Shown one piece after another: positions 61,881 to 64,000 of a DNA stretch of 64,000 nucleotides (the stretch's first letter is position 1; each line of letters starts with the position of its first letter). A program made the position numbers and the translations under genes. The notes beneath the pieces were generated by a model. The model was given only the letters and a program-made list of their open reading frames with translations. It had not been told where the DNA came from and made no database searches. The DNA is from Azolla caroliniana (lineage: Eukaryota > Plantae > Polypodiophyta), in contig JBHGNT010000002.1 in the NCBI GenBank assembly GCA_043228905.1, positions 4,278,001 to 4,342,000 on the forward strand. Reading direction: 5' to 3'.

Positions 61881-63289
61881 TCCTTCTATGTCATGATCTT
61901 ATTCTTACCTCTTCTCCTCTTGAGCTAAGCTTCCATATCATATCTTATTCTTTCTCCTCTACTCCCTCGTCTGAGACCCCCGTAGTCCCGCCCCTTTCTA
62001 CACGCACGCGCGTAACAACGCGACACCGGCTTGTATCCGGTTCGGACGGTATCCGGTTTTCGCTTGTACTCCCTCTCAAGCTTGGGAAGTCAAGGACCGT
62101 CAATCCAAGGTATGACAGGAATTGCCGAAGCTTGTCGGCTCCTAGGGCTTTGGTGAAGATGCCGGCTGTCTGAAGATTCGTAGTGATATGTTGAAGGTCG
62201 ACATCGCCAGCCTGAACATGCTCTTGAATGAAGTGATAGTGCACTTCGATATGCTTCGTGCATGCGTGGAACATCGGGTTTCGAGCGAGATAACTACTGC
62301 TCATGTTGTCGCAGTAAAGGAGAATTAGATCTTTGATGGGAACGCCCAGATCCTTTAATATCCTCTTGAGCCATACGACTTCACATGCAGCCACCGTCAT
62401 GCCCCTGTATTCGGCCTTTGTGCTCAAAAGAGCGACGGTTGGTTGCTTCTGGCTACTCCAGGAGATGGCTCCACTTCCAAGGGAGAAGATGAAACCAAAG
62501 GTTGATTATCGGTCGGCTTTGTAGCCTGCCCAGTCAACATCTGTGTACCCCTCGAGTTGAATTGGTGTGGCTGACTTATAGAGAATGCCATAGTCCATCG
62601 TTCCGCTCACGTATCGTAGCACTCTCTTAGCACAATCCAAATGGATATCTCGTGGCATTTGCATGAACTGGCTAAGAAGGCCGACCGAATAGCTCAGGTC
62701 TGGTTGAGTGATCGTGAGGTAGATAAGACTACCGATCAGTTGTCAATACTGAGTTGGCTCACACTCTGTGGTGCCAGAATTGGCATCTAGTTTGAGGTTT
62801 CGGTCGAGAGGTGTTGCCACAGACTTGCACTCAGTCATCCCGAACTTGTATAACAAGTTGAGAATGTAGTGCCGTTGGGAGATCATAATCTTGGCTGGAG
62901 TTCGAATTACCTTGATGCCAAGGAAGTAGTGGAGCTCTTTCATGTCCGCCATCTCGAATTTGTTGGAAATGAGGGATTTGACCTTGTTGATGTCGACTAG
63001 ATGCTCACCTCCAATGACCAGATCATCCACGTACGGGATGACGACGATTAGACTTTCGGTATCGCTTCTTACATAGAGAGAATTGTCGGATTTTGACATT
63101 CAGAAGCCAATTCGATGAAGATATTGTGTTATCTTCGAGTGCCAAGCACGTGGTGCTTGCTTAAGGCTGTAGAGAGGCTTCTTGAGTCAGCAGATGGCTT
63201 GCAGATAATGTTGGATTCAAAGTCGGGTGGTTGTACCATGTACACCTCTCCTCTTCTAATTCGCTTTGAAGAAAAGCGTTCTTGACATC

Positions 63290-64000
63290 TGTTGATGGCA
63301 AGCTCAATCGGATCCGGATCGGCTGAATAAGCCTGAGCCGGATCGGCATCCGGAAGGATGAGCCGGATCGGTGAGCCGGTGAGCTGGGGAGCTGGTTAGC
63401 CAGATCCAGCAGTAACCGAAAGCCGAGTAATAGCTTAGATTACTAGGTAGTTATTGTCTCGTAGTTAGTGTCAGACGCTCGTGTGAGCATTGATTGAAGT
63501 ACGTTGTACTTCTGTCAGTCCCATGAGGACTTGTATAAATAGTGTTGTTGAGCACGTTGTATGCACAGAGTGTTGATATAATTTTTGAATCTAGATTCCT
63601 GTTCTGCTCTCTCTATCTCTCCCGATTACTCTATGTATTCTGTGTATTATTCTCTCTCTCTCTCTCTCTCTGCTGCTACGCAGCCAAGCTGTTGTCTTAC
63701 GCTTCCGCACATATGTTTCAACATGGTATCAGAGTGCGAGGGTTGAAGACCTCTGCAGCCGACATTTGCTTTCGCAAGACGAACCCTACAGGTTGTGAGA
63801 ACAGTAGACAGAAAAAAAAAAATGGACAAAGATATGGCGAGTTCACTTCCTACAGAGGCTCGACCGGAGCAACTACACGTCTTGGTCATACAAATTGCAC
63901 CAGTACCTACTGGGTATGGGTATTGGAGTTTCGTGGAAGGAACGAATGAGGTAGCACCAAGGCCTAGACACAAGGACTTCCCGGTATGGGAGCAAGGAGC
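63290..64000 (+). mobile_element. Element H: 5' end of another Ty1/copia (LTR 63290-63723, PBS, frameshifted gag start) inserted in the RT of F; runs off the window
   Basis: TGTTG..CAACA LTR; PBS TGGTATCAGAG at 63724; gag-like MDKDMASSLPTE / LDRSNYTSWSYKLHQYLLG from 63822. Confidence 0.88.

Larger units (their letters stand above)
55813..62025 (+). mobile_element. Solo LTR D2 (55813-56401 + 61886-62025), split by element G
   Basis: TGTCG start and ..CGCGACA end, homologous to D1; TATAAAAGGG at ~56162; flanked by CCGG on both sides. Confidence 0.85.
55355..63289 (-). mobile_element. Element F: degenerate Ty1/copia (3' LTR 55355-55724; RT/RNase H ~62070-63289), split by D2, G and H
   Basis: LTR TGTAA..CAACA followed by a copia PPT (minus TTGAGGGGGCG). 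Copia RT/RH motifs DVKNAFL, YVDDLVI, CDNMSS, KHIEVHYHF. Inserted in the C2 leader after TGTAT; the other end is outside the window. Confidence 0.85.

Overview
Eukaryotic land-plant nuclear DNA. It is probably from a non-seed plant such as a fern, inferred from Tcn1/sushi-type chromoviruses and GA-microsatellite-rich LTRs. The left half (1-33 kb) holds three host genes: a 3-exon class II trehalose-6-phosphate synthase/phosphatase (minus), an intronless small EF-hand protein (plus) and an 8-exon SRAP/HMCES abasic-site protection gene (plus). The SRAP gene has a GC-AG intron, a repeat-expanded tail, a terminal PIP box, and LINE and nested hAT relics in its introns. The right half (35.8-64 kb) is a multi-layer nest of at least nine LTR-retrotransposon insertions, most resolved by target-site duplications, and includes one intact, very young Ty1/copia. 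The most striking signals are in two related Ty3/gypsy chromoviruses, called A and B here. (i) They have no tRNA primer-binding site; instead a 12-nt PBS is complementary to their own predicted transcript 5' end, with a compensatory base-pair change between A and B (Tf1-like self-priming). (ii) The outer edge of every LTR carries an antisense tRNA-derived A-box/B-box cassette with exact tRNA spacing. (iii) A conserved G_UUA_AAC plus hairpin -1 frameshift signal lies between gag and pol. Coordinates were read by eye and no database searches were run.
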